A stretch of 64,000 bases of DNA, from NCBI GenBank assembly GCA_036172245.1, contig JAYWIR010000040.1, forward strand, positions 744,001 through 808,000. Reading direction: 5' to 3'. The notes under the pieces are model-generated. The model had not been told where the DNA came from. It saw only the letters and a program-made list of their open reading frames with translations, and made no database searches. Of the stretch, positions 26,956 through 37,784 are shown in pieces. Source of the stretch: Raillietiella orientalis. Lineage: Eukaryota. The translations under genes were made by a program, and so were the position numbers. The stretch's first letter is position 1; the number at the start of each line of letters is the position of its first letter.

Positions 26956-28635
26956 TCATACGTCGCCCGAGCAGTCATCAGAGTTGGCGTTCCACGATGA
27001 GAAGCGCCACGGAGACGTCTCGCAGCCGTGGGAGAACGCCCGAATGGAAGCACCTTCCTCCTCCGCTTCCTCTTCCTCCTCCTCCTCCTGCGAAGCTTTG
27101 CAGCCTTCCCCTCCTTCTATAGACGACGCAGCCGCCGCCGCCTTCTCCTGTGCTCTTCGCACGCCACTTAGCAAGTTGGAGAGCGTCGACACGATGATGT
27201 GTACGTTGGCGGGACGGTCCCCGTGCCCCATCGGCTCGAAGTACAGCAGCAGCTGCTCCAGGGAGTTGGCGCAGTCCTCCAGGGTGTGCGTCTTGAGGAA
27301 ACCGTCTGCGAGGAGGCCGTCCGGCCCGCGGCGGCTCCCACAGGTCACCATGTGCGGAGGCGGCGCGGAGCGCCAGCTCTCCCGGAAAACCCGGTAGATC
27401 CCGCTCATGTCGCTCTCGATCTGCTGCAGGATGAGCTCTCGCAGTATGGCCAGCACACCTCCAGGCGCGGTGTGCTCGAAGGCGTTCAGGACGAGCACGC
27501 GGTCCCTCCAGAGCCCCAGCCACCGTTCGTACAGCAGCCGGCGCGACGCCAGGAAGGTCTGCGGGAAGCGAGGGACGATGGTGTGGCACTGGGTGCGGCA
27601 GTCGATCAACTGCAGTGCCTTCTCGAAGACGATGTCGCCGGGATTCAGCAGGCCGCGGCGGTGTAGGGCCAGGAGGTGGCCGAAGGCAGACAACGGGCCC
27701 AGCATGGGGCGAGTCTTCAGGAGGAGGAGCACGCGATCCTTCTCCTCCAGGAACTCCTTCTCCTGGCGCGCGTCCCAGAGGGTCGGTCGCGCGGGGAGTC
27801 TGCGAGCGCGGGCCAGGGCCCGGAGCAGGCGCGTGCCCACGTCGTCCTCCAGGCACTCCCGGACCATGGCCGCGGGCTTCCTGGCGTGCAGGATGAAGAA
27901 TCGGCAGAAGTCAGTGAGGAGCTCCAGCAGCACGGACAGCGGGTCAGTGCGGGAGGAGCGGCAGGAGGGAAATTGGCAGATGCGCGGCGACGGAGCGATG
28001 ATCTTTTCCTCATCCGCCGTGGTCGGGTACCCCTCCGCGCTGTCATCGTCCTCCTCTCCCCAGAACTTGTGCACCGTTGTCACGATCCCCACGATCCGCC
28101 GGCTGAGGTGCATCAGTTCTTCCGAGAACGCATCTTCCGGGACGCGCAGGGAACGCAGCCTGCACATGAGGTCTTCTTCCAGACAGCGCAGGTGCTCCAG
28201 GGCCGCTTGCTTGTCCGGTAGGGGCACTGGGGGGTAGCAGGGAGAGAACCCCCGATTGCGCAGCTCGCCCACGGAAAGGGCGACGTGGTTCTCCAGGAGG
28301 GCGATCTGCGGGCCGCAGTGCGGAAATATGCGCAGCCGGCACAGGTCTTCCCGCAGCCGCGTGATGTGCAGCAGGCGCTCCGTGGTATCCAGGAGAAAGG
28401 GCGCGCTCTCGTCCCCGGAAGAAGAAGAGCGGCGACCGCCGCCACATCGGGAGAGAGGCAGGCACTCGCTTATCCGGTCCTTGATGTCGTCAGCTTCGTC
28501 TTCCTGGGATGCCAGCAGCATCTGCGCCATGTGGCGCAAGCAGTCGTCTTCCTCTGCGTCCCAGGGTACGCTGGTGGGGGTGTCGGGAGTAGCATCCGCC
28601 GTCGAGTCGGATCCACTGGAGAAGTAACAAAACAT
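26956..28635 (-). CDS. uncharacterised protein (559 aa ORF; probably a large terminal exon starting at 28615)
   Basis: 1.68 kb stop-free frame with globular, Leu/Glu-rich composition and strong G/C-ending codon use (CTG, GAG, GAC, TTC), unlike the R/P/G-rich spurious ORFs around it. Acceptor-like ttttgttacttctccag near its 5' end; AATGAA at 26887-26892 downstream. No family recognised. Confidence 0.65.
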   Translation of the reverse strand: MFCYFSSGSDSTADATPDTPTSVPWDAEEDDCLRHMAQMLLASQEDEADDIKDRISECLPLSRCGGGRRSSSSGDESAPFLLDTTERLLHITRLREDLCRLRIFPHCGPQIALLENHVALSVGELRNRGFSPCYPPVPLPDKQAALEHLRCLEEDLMCRLRSLRVPEDAFSEELMHLSRRIVGIVTTVHKFWGEEDDDSAEGYPTTADEEKIIAPSPRICQFPSCRSSRTDPLSVLLELLTDFCRFFILHARKPAAMVRECLEDDVGTRLLRALARARRLPARPTLWDARQEKEFLEEKDRVLLLLKTRPMLGPLSAFGHLLALHRRGLLNPGDIVFEKALQLIDCRTQCHTIVPRFPQTFLASRRLLYERWLGLWRDRVLVLNAFEHTAPGGVLAILRELILQQIESDMSGIYRVFRESWRSAPPPHMVTCGSRRGPDGLLADGFLKTHTLEDCANSLEQLLLYFEPMGHGDRPANVHIIVSTLSNLLSGVRRAQEKAAAAASSIEGGEGCKASQEEEEEEEAEEEGASIRAFSHGCETSPWRFSSWNANSDDCSGDV

Positions 28636-29799
28636 GCCCGTCGAGCGGGAAAGACCCTTAGGAGATTGAGTGGGCGGCGCGAGGGAAGAAAGGGTCCTTC
28701 AAGCCTCGGAAGTCAGGGCGAGAGTTCCGTCCGTTACCAGGCAACGGAACGGAAGAATGCTTGCCTTGCGCCTCCTCCCTTTAGTTGGAGCAGCGTTTAC
28801 CCTGCCGCCACCGCGATGGTTGCAGCATGGGAGCAGCAGCTCGCTACCGCTGAGTGGAAGGAAAATACATCTCGCACCCCCTCTTACGCACCCTCTTAGA
28901 TCCTTCCTGTGGATGCAGCTAGGGAGTAGGAGCACGAGAAAGACGAGCTGACTGAAGACGAATGTACTCTTGAGATTCTGCTCATCTTCCCATGCCGCTT
29001 TCCATTCCTTACCCCATCCTCCCTTTTGGATGAGATATTCCTCTCCGCAGCCGGTGCAGCAGCATGTGTGACGGCGGCACAGAAGCAGAGTCCGGGGACC
29101 AGGTGAAGTCTTCGGTGGGGAGCAAGGTGGACCCGGTACGAAAATCGAAATTGGCCTAATCGGCTCGAAGGCCGGTCGCCGCCCCGCTTCCGAAGCGAAT
29201 GCAATTCGTCCCGCGGGCGGCCTCATTTTCCCTGATTCCCTGCTCATCCAGGCGCGGTCGAACACACGCACCAAGCCTCGAACCTGCGATTCGGGATGCT
29301 TCCCCAGCAGCTGGTTGCGGAAGTCCCCCCTCCCCCCCAGCGGGAGAATTCCGTGGACACGGGAGGCGGGGAGACAACTTGCTCTGCTCAGGCAAAATTC
29401 AATCCACCTTTCTATCTACGCCCGCTTATTGACGCTTGCTCCCGCCCTGGAGGTCGCTTGCCCCGAGGGCTTTCGAAAGGACCCGAACCAGCAAAAAGGG
29501 AAAACCTCCCGGAGACCCGGATCAGGTGATAAACAAAACGCATAGTGGGTGGTGCTGAGGCGCATCTCGTCATTTGCAGCATATCGACTGCAGCCTCGGG
29601 CCAATCAAATTCGGGAAATCCTGCCACTCTTAAAAAGAGCCATCGGCGCGCGCTCCCGAACTCCTAAACGTAGTGAACATCGGGTCCTGGCCATCATGGC
29701 CCGAGTGAAGCATGTGGGCACCGCCGGGCAAACCACAAACGAACAGACTGGGGCGCCCACTCATGACGACGCGAACGACTTCAGAACAAGAGACGTCCC

Positions 29800-30730
29800 C
29801 ACGCGACAAAAGCGTGTAATTCAGACACAGCATGGGTCAGGAAGTAACGGTCCTCCGCGTGCTTCAGATCCCACACACGCGTGTTGCGTTTCAGCCAAGC
29901 AAGGTACGGGAGTGGTAGCCGGCACTGTGGATGAGTCCTGATCGATAACAGGACAAACTCACCGCCCCTTCGCCACCATTCGCCTTGGATACCTTTTGAC
30001 ATTCTGCTCTTCGTCAACGGACCAATTAGGGGACGGCGAGCACACGTGAGCGAAACCGAAGCTGCCAAGCACGCCGCAGGCACACCGCCGAAGCTTCGCA
30101 TCACCAGGAACGGTTCCCACCCACCTGTGAACACCGATGAACACGGACATGTACTTGCAACCTTTTAGTTCCCTCCTGTTTCCTATGGAATACGAGCATG
30201 CCATCCCGAAAGCACAAAACGGGAACACAAGCACGGTGAAGACTGCACCGACTCCAACTTTAAAAACGGCATTTCTTTCCATCAAGAACGGCATCCATAC
30301 CAGCTGCTGCTTCATCACAGGAAGAAAATAGGAAACGGCAAAAACACGCCTGTATAAAAAGAAACACCGCTGGGACGCAGGTGCACCGGCAAGGGAGACG
30401 AACCCAACCTGCCTCTGCACTCCCACTGATTGCAACAACAACCGGGGAGCGGTGCCAGACAGAACGACCACTCGCAAAGGAAAAGCACGCCGACAACACC
30501 ACAATTCCTCTGTGACTTTCCACATCGCCTTGGAACACGGGCCCGGGAAAACCTGCGAGCCAGTGGTCGTAAACAACTGAACAAAATATCTGCTGCTCCA
30601 CTTGCTCGGCAACATCCATCACGTTGTCGGATGCCGCTCGTCCACGCGGGACAAACAAGCGACGGCACGTGCCGCCTCGGGATCGCGCTCTGCCCTCGGC
30701 CGATCCCTTCCCCCGGAGGCGCTGCCGTAC
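29800..30730 (+). mobile_element. decayed CR1-like RT
   Basis: Ordered motifs across frameshifts: VSETEAAK, ASPG-NGSHPPV (~KSPGPDGIHPRV), QPFSSLLF...AIPK, VKTAPTP-FKNG (~WK.A.V.PIFKKG), FLCDF, GCRSS..TSDG-VP-GS-ALG. Confidence 0.6.
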
Positions 30731-30944
30731 TCCTCCCTTCCTCCCCGACTACGCCACTTCCTCGTCCTCCTCGTCCCTTCCCTCCTTCCTCGTTTTCTTC
30801 TTCTTCTTCTTCTTCCCGGTGGCCCCCGTCGCCTACAGACAGCCCCACCGCCCACCATCCGTCCACCCTTTCTCTCCACACCACCTCGCCCCGCCGCCCC
30901 CATCACCACGACGGCCACGCAGCAGCACAAAGTCGTCGGACACT

Positions 30945-30950
30945 TTTATT
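30945..30950 (-). promoter_or_regulatory. putative polyadenylation signal (AATAAA) of aladin
   Basis: AATAAA about 280 nt after the stop, in otherwise GC-rich sequence; duplicated at 43982-43987. Confidence 0.6.
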
Positions 30951-31082
30951 TCCGAAGCCATGACGACGACGGCGACGCGCACACGAGCACGCCCCGCATC
31001 ACGCACACGGACGACGCATCCCGCGTGCAGCCTCCTTCGCACCAACCATCGTCGCCAGCAGCACCACTTACGGCCCTGCACC

Positions 31083-31135
31083 CGACGACGACGACGACGA
31101 CGACGAAGACGACGAAGACGACGACGACGACGACG
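31083..31135 (+). repeat. (GAC/GAA)n microsatellite in the aladin 3' UTR
   Basis: Visible triplet run; the copy at ~44120-44172 has the GAA interruptions at shifted positions. Confidence 0.9.
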
Positions 31136-31229
31136 GAGGGCGACGCGTCCGCGAGAGCGCCGCACGGCGCCCACGTCTCCCGTCGTCAGACCCACTCCCG
31201 AGCCACACCGACGCCAACACACGCCGCCT

Positions 31230-31316
31230 TCACCGCCTGCGAGATCGGCCACACGCGTCCGCATCCGGACAGTGGTAGCACAGGGGAACGTACTGCACGC
31301 TGTCGCCGGACCACAC
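31230..31316 (-). CDS. AAAS: aladin exon 10 (terminal)
   Basis: Acceptor gttgcag; VWSGDSVQYVPLCY...* resembles the aladin C-terminal GWSTGRIAHIPLYF. Confidence 0.85.
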   Translation of the reverse strand: MWSGDSVQYVPLCYHCPDADACGRSRRR

Positions 31317-34300
31317 CTGCAACGCACGCCCGTGTCCTCCAGCGCGCCCCCAGCCGCCAGCCTCGCCTTACCACGCACAGAAGCGAACCGTCGTGCCGGC
31401 AGTCCAGAAAGTCCAGCAGCACCGGGAACTCCAGCCCGGGACCCCGCACGAACCCGCTGCAAACGCCGTCCACCCGTCCCCCACATTCCGCTGCCACCCT
31501 CCACTTACCACGGCGTCATCTTCAGCGCGTTCCTCATGGACGTCTGGAACAGGGCAATGAACGGAGTGGTCTTGAACGAAACCGCCAGACGCTCTCCGCG
31601 TGGATCCCATCGTAAGCATTGAATACGACCGCCGGCTCTGAGGGGAACAACCATTAATGGATGCTGCGAGCGCACGCTGCGCAGCATCTCGGCAACGGCG
31701 CACCGCTCTCGCGCGCGCACTCGGCGGATCGCGCGGCCACCGCGGTCACCGCCGCGGCCGCCGCCGCCGCCGCCGCCGCCGCAGCAGCAGCAGCAGCAGC
31801 AGCAGCCACTTTCCCTCCCCTCCCATCACCGTTCGCCTCTGCCCTGCGTCTCCGCGCACCATTTCCGCTGCCGGAAACGAACGGCCTCTGCCGTGTCGCC
31901 GTCGCAAACGCCGCTGCGCGCGCGAAAGCGCAGCGAGGGGGAGGCGCGCGCGCGCGCAAGAGGGGAGGGGGAAGCGCGGGGAGACGGGGAGAGCGGCGGG
32001 AGGAACGCTCGCAGGCACGGAAGGAAAGAAAACGCGCGTCTTCTGCGCTCAGCGCAGCGATTCCGGCGAAGCGCGCGCGCCCGCCCTCCGCACGCCGCCC
32101 TTCGCCGCGTTGGCCTTCCATTCGGCCGTTCGCCACGCTTTCGCCGTCCGCCAGCTGCGCCCACCGCTGCGCCGCCCGCGCCCCCACCGACGACGTCCCG
32201 CGCGCCTCCTTCCTGCTCCCAGCTGACGTCCCCTTCCCTTCGGCTCTTCGTAGCTGCCGCTTTTCCCGCTGCTGCTTTCGCTTCTTCGGCGTCGCAACTG
32301 CTCGTAATTGCGCGCGCCGGAGGTGGCGCGGCCCGCGCTGTTTGCACGACCGCTGTTTGCGCAGCGGCCGAGGTGCGGCCGCTGCCGCCGCGTCGCTCCT
32401 GGCGGCGGCTGCCCGTCGTCGTCTCGTGCGCGAGGAACCTTCTCGCAGCGACGCCCACGCTCGCCGAGGTGCGGGTCGCCGGCTGGGCGGCACCGCCGCG
32501 TCCGTCCGCCGCCGGCTCCCGCGGTGTCTTCGGCCGCCCCTCTCTCTCCGGAGAGCCGGGACGGCGGGGGTGGGGGGCGACGTCCCGACCCCGCAGCTCC
32601 CGAGACCGCGGCCTCGACGGCGCTGGCCCGAAGAGCCAGCCTCTCGCCGCGTCGGCCCGCCCAAAGGGTTTCCTTTTTAAGACCGTGAGGAACGAATGGA
32701 CCGAATGGAATTAATGAAAGCAATTCCCTTTCTAAGGGATTTCGCAAGATGACGGAACAAAAAGGGAACGCTGACGCAGAAAGGAAGCTGCAGAAAGAAT
32801 TCTGCGCATCTCCGAGGTCGAAAGCACATCCGGCACACTTTGTCAAGACTCGGCGATGTGATCCGTTATCGATTTCTGTAGAATCAGAACACACCTGAAA
32901 AGCGCAAGTGGGCGACCCGGCGCGCATGACTCTGGGCGCATTCGGACCTACGAAACCATGCCCGTTGCCAAGGAACTCCGGTACTGAGCGTGTCACCGCG
33001 GTTTTGGACCAGCGCTCTCGAAGGGAGACGAATGCCTGGCGGAGCGCTGACAATTTGTCAGGTGGGAGAATAAAACGTGTGAATACGCTGCGAATTGTGA
33101 CTCATCATTTCTTTTCTGCACTGGAACACGCGGACACTCCGAGCCGTGTTGCTGTCACGAAGCGGACGGAGCTCGGGAAACGAAATCCAATTAAAAACTT
33201 TCGTTTCGGCTGATTATGCCTGGGCTGCGAGATGCGATGCTTCAAAGTTTCGGGGGCATTCTCGTCACGATCCGAGCGGCAAGAAAACAGCGGCCGGAAG
33301 CGGATCTTGATTTCGCGCTGTGATTGGATTCCCGCTTTTCTTCCCCCCCCCCCCACCCACCCACCCACCCGCCTCCCCCCCCCCCTTTCTTTTTTGTTTT
33401 TCCATCTCGTTTTGCTCCTTACTCGCGGATGCCGTTTCGGTGGATGCAAACAGTGGTGGTGGTGCTCTCGCTCCGCGCAGGTTTGCACATGCTCCAGAAG
33501 ACGGCTTCGCAGCGTGCCAAGCAGGAACGGGCGGGCGGGGGGAAAAAGGGCAGCCGTGACTGCTTCCGAAGGGGCCCCGGATGCCGGAAACGCGCCCCCG
33601 GGCCCTACGCGCCGTGCTTTCCGCACCCCGCGCCTGGCGCAACGGAACACGGGTGTTCGGGAAATGCGCTTTCCCTCCTTCCCCAACATCGGCGGCGACG
33701 TTCCCTGCTTCAACTCGTTTTTTGCTTTTTTTTTTTTTTTTTTTGCACGCGTGCTGCGCGTCTAAAAGGGAAGCCAGGAGGAATGCACGCAGACGGCACG
33801 AAAGGGACCTGGGAAAACAAAAGCTTTGGTAAACACACTGCGGCCGCATGACTTAATATACGCGAGCTCTGCCTCTCGAGGGCGGTGTTTTCGGTTCTCG
33901 CCCGCGAAGGCAGAAGCGTGGAGAGATTTATTCCGAAGACCCTTCACCTTAATGGAAGTGTTGGATCCGTGTTGTGTTTCGCACGCCGAAATGAAACCGG
34001 GAACGCAGCGGGAATGTTCGAAACGGAGAAACAAACAAACGCGAAAAAAGAATGGAAGAAAGTGCACGGAACGTTAGCTGAAACAAATGCAACGGGGAAA
34101 CAAAAATGCAAGAGAGGAGAGAATCACTGCAGCAAACAACGAAAAGAAAAGAAAGGAAAGGTCGCGCGACCGATGGCCCAAAGCAGAACTGCAATGTCAC
34201 TCGCTGGGAACGAATCGCAGCGCCGAGCGAAGAAAGAAGGCGCGTACGCGGCTGCACGGCCTGAAAGAGATCGGAAATGCGACTGCGGGAAACGCGATCA

Positions 34301-37300
34301 AATAAACAAAAGTGCGTTCTGTGTTTTCTCTTCTTCTTCTTCTTCTTCTCCTTCTTCCCCCCCCCCCCTTCCTCCCCCGCCGACTCATTTGGAACGGGAG
34401 CGCGCCCGAATCCTCTCCGGAGGGGAAGCAAACGAGGGTTTCTTATCGCGTTGCGGAATGCTTCCTCCCGCGGGCTCTGGACGGGGGGCGGCCAGCTGGA
34501 CGCTCCAAAAGCTGCGTGTTGGGAGGAATCCATCCGCGTGCGGTGTCCAGCGCGCAGAGGGCGTCCTTTGCCCAGCCCCCCCTTCCGGAAGGAAACCGGT
34601 TTTACGAAGAGGGGGGCTTTGCAGCGGGACACGTAATCGCCGGACAAAAAAATAGAATGTCCCTTACGACGGAACCATCGTTACACGAGGATCCAATAAT
34701 AATGATAATAATAATAATAAGACGCCTAATTAAGACTGAGGGCTGTTGGAAACTGGGCTCTGTGCGTTCACCAAGGTGACAGAAGCAAGAAGCTCTTTGG
34801 TTGCTGATCGATGAACGCATGTCCCTCGCGCCGCGTCTCCAGGTGGAAAATCCTCGAGACCCCCGGAAGCTCGTGTCCAGGAAGCCGCAACACGGATCGC
34901 CGAACACCAATGAAGAGGAGTCCTTCGGGATTGCAGACGCAACGGAGGGGAGCGCTCGGAGTCGCAGCAAAGGGCGCGCACGCGCCGTCCGAGGGAAAAA
35001 CGGAACGCCCACGACCACGGGCGATGACGACGCGCCGAGATGCCCGGGAGCCTGTGAACCGGGAAGATTTACCGACCCAGGGGGGGAAGTGGGGGTTCGC
35101 AGGAGTAACAGGCTGCGGGGGAAAGAGCACAAACCCGCGCGCGCGCCGCACCGGAGAGCTCACGAAGGGAATCGCGGAAGAAAAAACACAACGGGGGAGA
35201 TGAAAATCCCGAGGGCACGAGCGCGGATGCGGAATCCATAATTTCATCAACCGCAGGTAAAAATTAGCATCGCTGAAGATATTCAAATTAATGGGGTTGG
35301 TGCGTGGATGTGCTGATGGTTGCCTACGTAAACACTTGCGGCACAAAAATTTCCAATTCCGAAGACATCAATAAAACATGGGTGGAAATTAAAATTGGCA
35401 GAATGATCTCTCGGAACAGATGCCCAGTAACACCCCTGAGGCAAATTTAAAATTCAATTGGCTCTTAAAAACATTTCTCTCTTTTTTTTTTTTTTTTTTT
35501 TTTAATAAGACATTTAAAGGACTTGTGATTTTCCCGTGATTCGAAGACTTGAAAAGAGCAGGGCGTTCGAGAAGGAAAATGCTTAAAAATGAAAGCTTCC
35601 CTACGAATCCGAATGGAAAAGGACCAGGAAAATACTTCAAAACGTGAAGCGTTGAATTGAACCACCGGGATTTCAACTCGGATTTTAACCACTGACATCC
35701 AACGCTGCCCCAAAAGCCACCAAAACCACAAGAAGGGAAAGCACATTGAAACGACAAAATCAGCCCCGTCAACTTATTCGTATTTCCTCTAATTAATGTC
35801 CTATTTTCTTTTTTTTCTTTCTTTTTTTTTTTTTTTTTGAGGTTTCGTAGAATAAATCCATTAGGCTCAATAGCTTTCGAGACTCGGAAAAACCTCGTAG
35901 TTATTTTCGAAATTTGACGACCGATAAATCATTTCCCTATTTCGGAACGCTGGGTCGTGTGGCTGCCGCGGAAACGACGAATCTCCACACGGCATGCGCA
36001 CACGAATCTCTTAAAGCACTCCGTTCAAAGCTAAAACTCACTGTGTGGGTCTCGGCAAGGCGAGGTACGGATGCAGGCGAGGAGGCAAGAGGGAGATGCG
36101 ATCCCCCCCCACCCCCACCCAAAAAGAAAAACCCCCCACGGAAACGTCAAGCACGCAGCATCTCACCTGCAACAATCTCCCGATGGGCATTTGAGGGTGA
36201 TTTCTGAAAGATCTGCTACGCGTATGGCAGAAGCAGAACTCCTGATCAACTCATCAGACACACACACGGGGCCCATGAATGAAAGATGGTAGACGAAAGG
36301 ATCCTGGGTCGTGGCGAAAAGTAAATGTAAGCCATCCGGCGAGAAACATGCAGATTGCAACGGCCACGTTTTCGTAGTCCACTTTTGAGACATCCATGGT
36401 TCTGTATTCCAGATTCTAAGAAAAAACTACGCTGCAGCGAAACACGGATCGAACCTGAAACTGTTTGTTGGTGATGCTGTGAGAACCAAATTGGATCTGG
36501 GCGCCCACAGAGAAAAAGTCACACCAGGAAAACACATTCTCCTCACAGCAGCCTTTTGGTCCAAGTCAACATTCCATAGAATGATAGCATTGTCTCTGGC
36601 AGAAGTACTCATCAAAAGAATTCCCTACACAAAATTTTGCACATGCTGCAAACAGCAGACACTTACTTCACAGTCCCAAATTACTGATGTCACCAAGGTG
36701 TGACCTTTGGAACTCAACAAAACTGCGTTGGCAACTGAAGGTCTGCTTGCAAGAGAACCAGGTTCAACTGTCCAAAGTAGCACTCCCTTCTGGCAACCTA
36801 TAGCAAGCTGGGATTTACTAAATGGTCTGGAAAAACAGCCACATTATTCTCCCATATCTCCAACATAAACTAACCTCCAACATAAAGAACTGACAAGAAT
36901 TTGCTCCCGATGCTTGAGAACATGTAACTCATTCTTGCTTTGTGTTCCAAATATGTGGACTGAATCATCAGCAAGACCAAGAGCAAGCTTACGACTATAC
37001 ATATTCCAAGCTATAGAGTGAACGATGGCATTTTTGTAATTGCGGCAAATGCTCCATTCTGTCAGAAACTTGTGATCAGTAAATTGGGACTTCAATACAC
37101 ACAAATATCTATGAAATCACTGATGTTCTACTCTTACCCAAGGACAGGGATCTAATTTCTTTAGAACATCCACCGTAAACTTACAGATGTGTGCACTCCC
37201 AGCTAATAATTTATGAAACCACCAATTTGAGTTTTTATATGTATCAAGTATACCATCCAGCAATGAACTAAATCCCACACTGTACCTAAATTCGTGAAGG

Positions 37301-37784
37301 CGAATTTTTAAAGTAGTTTCCATAATACAAACCATTAAATACATGTTTGCCTTGACAAGAGCATCTAATAATTGATTGCCAAAGAAAGTGAAAACACAGG
37401 GTAACACAAAGATCTTCGTTTCCCCGTAGAGAAAAAAAAAAAAAAACTCTATTCAAAAAATTTACCAAATTCTCATCTGATGCAAAAGACTAGGATTTTG
37501 TATTGGAAGAAAGGCATTTGAAAAGTGATCTTTTCTTTCAAGTTGCCTCATGACATCTGGAGCGAATTTTACGTTTGGATAACAAGAAATCTAAAAGCAA
37601 AATATTTCTTCTGTTGGACTGTTCATAAACTCGGAATTCATATACTCAACAATTTTAAACTCACATAATTCTTTATAGTCAACAGATCATATGGGCTCAC
37701 TTCATCTTCACTAACAACACAACCATGGAACTCAGCTACGCTGGGATGGCTAGAAAAGGATGGAAACTGCAATAGGTCACTCAT
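31230..37784 (-). CDS. AAAS: Aladin (WD40-repeat nucleoporin), 10 exons, 1488 nt CDS, ~495 aa
   Basis: Exons (minus): 37665-37784, 37466-37590, 37138-37285, 36875-37089, 36667-36826, 36455-36624, 36167-36415, 31509-31637, 31372-31456, 31230-31316. All introns are GT-AG, phases are consistent and there is no internal stop. The translation tracks human aladin as I recall it: IAWNMYSRKLALGLADDSVHIF ~ [38 protein letters not shown] ~ LKHRLQRNVASLAWKP; GHTLVTSVIW ~ GHTPVTSLAW; QSACFSPDGLHLLF ~ QTGCWSPDGSRLLF; WDPRGERLAVSFK ~ WDPSGERLAVLMK. An alternative in-frame ATG lies at 37802. Confidence 0.93.
31372..31456 (-). CDS. AAAS: aladin exon 9
   Basis: Acceptor tttgcag; CGFVRGPGLEFPVLLDFLDCRHDGSLLCV; donor gtaagg. 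Confidence 0.88.
31509..31637 (-). CDS. AAAS: aladin exon 8
   Basis: Acceptor ttcccctcag; AGGRIQCLRWDPRGERLAVSFKTTPFIALFQT...MTP; donor gtaagt; phase matches exon 7 across a 4529 nt intron. Confidence 0.9.
31757..31806 (+). repeat. compound (GCC)n(GCA)n microsatellite in aladin intron 7
   Basis: Visible; the copy at ~44794-44846 has one more GCC. Confidence 0.9.
36167..36415 (-). CDS. AAAS: aladin exon 7
   Basis: Acceptor ttttcttag; IWNTEPWMSQKW...QSACFSPDGLHLLF...VADLSEITLKCPSGDCC; donor gtgaga. Confidence 0.9.
36455..36624 (-). CDS. AAAS: aladin exon 6
   Basis: Acceptor ttttgtgtag; GILLMSTSARDNAIILWNV...SLWAPRSNLVLTASPTNSFR; donor gttcga. Confidence 0.88.
36667..36826 (-). CDS. AAAS: aladin exon 5
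   Basis: Acceptor tttttccag; PFSKSQLAIGCQKGVLLWTVEPGSLASRPS...GHTLVTSVIWDCE; donor gtaagt. Confidence 0.9.
36875..37089 (-). CDS. AAAS: aladin exon 4
   Basis: SQFTDHKFLTEWSICRNY...IAWNMYSRKLALGLADDSV...SSLCWR; donor gttagt; the AAG acceptor was chosen because it restores the frame. Confidence 0.85.
37138..37285 (-). CDS. AAAS: aladin exon 3
   Basis: Acceptor aatttag; WYSVGFSSLLDGILD...LDPCPW; donor gtaaga. Confidence 0.85.
37466..37590 (-). CDS. AAAS: aladin exon 2
   Basis: Acceptor ttttgcttttag; ISCYPNVKF...HFSNAFLPIQNPSLLHQMRI; donor gtaaat. Confidence 0.85.
37665..37784 (-). CDS. AAAS: aladin coding exon 1
   Basis: MSDLLQFPSFSSHPSVAEFHGCVVSEDEVSPYDLLTIKNY, then donor gtgagt. Confidence 0.8.

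Larger units (their letters stand above)
30565..32669 (+). repeat. 2.1 kb direct segmental duplication, copy 1
   Basis: Matches 43602-45725 apart from a few substitutions, microsatellite variants and small indels; the ORF track shows near-identical translations at both loci. Confidence 0.95.

Noticed and set aside
27199..28899. Plus-strand ORFs overlapping the 559 aa ORF
   Set aside because: Typical antisense shadows of a G/C-ending-codon gene
29959..30658. Possible operon-like gene downstream of aladin (MDVAEQVEQQIF...)
   Set aside because: It is antisense to an ordered series of CR1 RT motifs, and I could not build a coherent exon chain
30602..32714. Long Ala/Arg/Thr-rich ORFs (330-440 aa) here and at 43639-46463
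   Set aside because: Products of GC-rich, microsatellite-containing intron/UTR sequence open in several frames on both strands; they overlap real aladin exons
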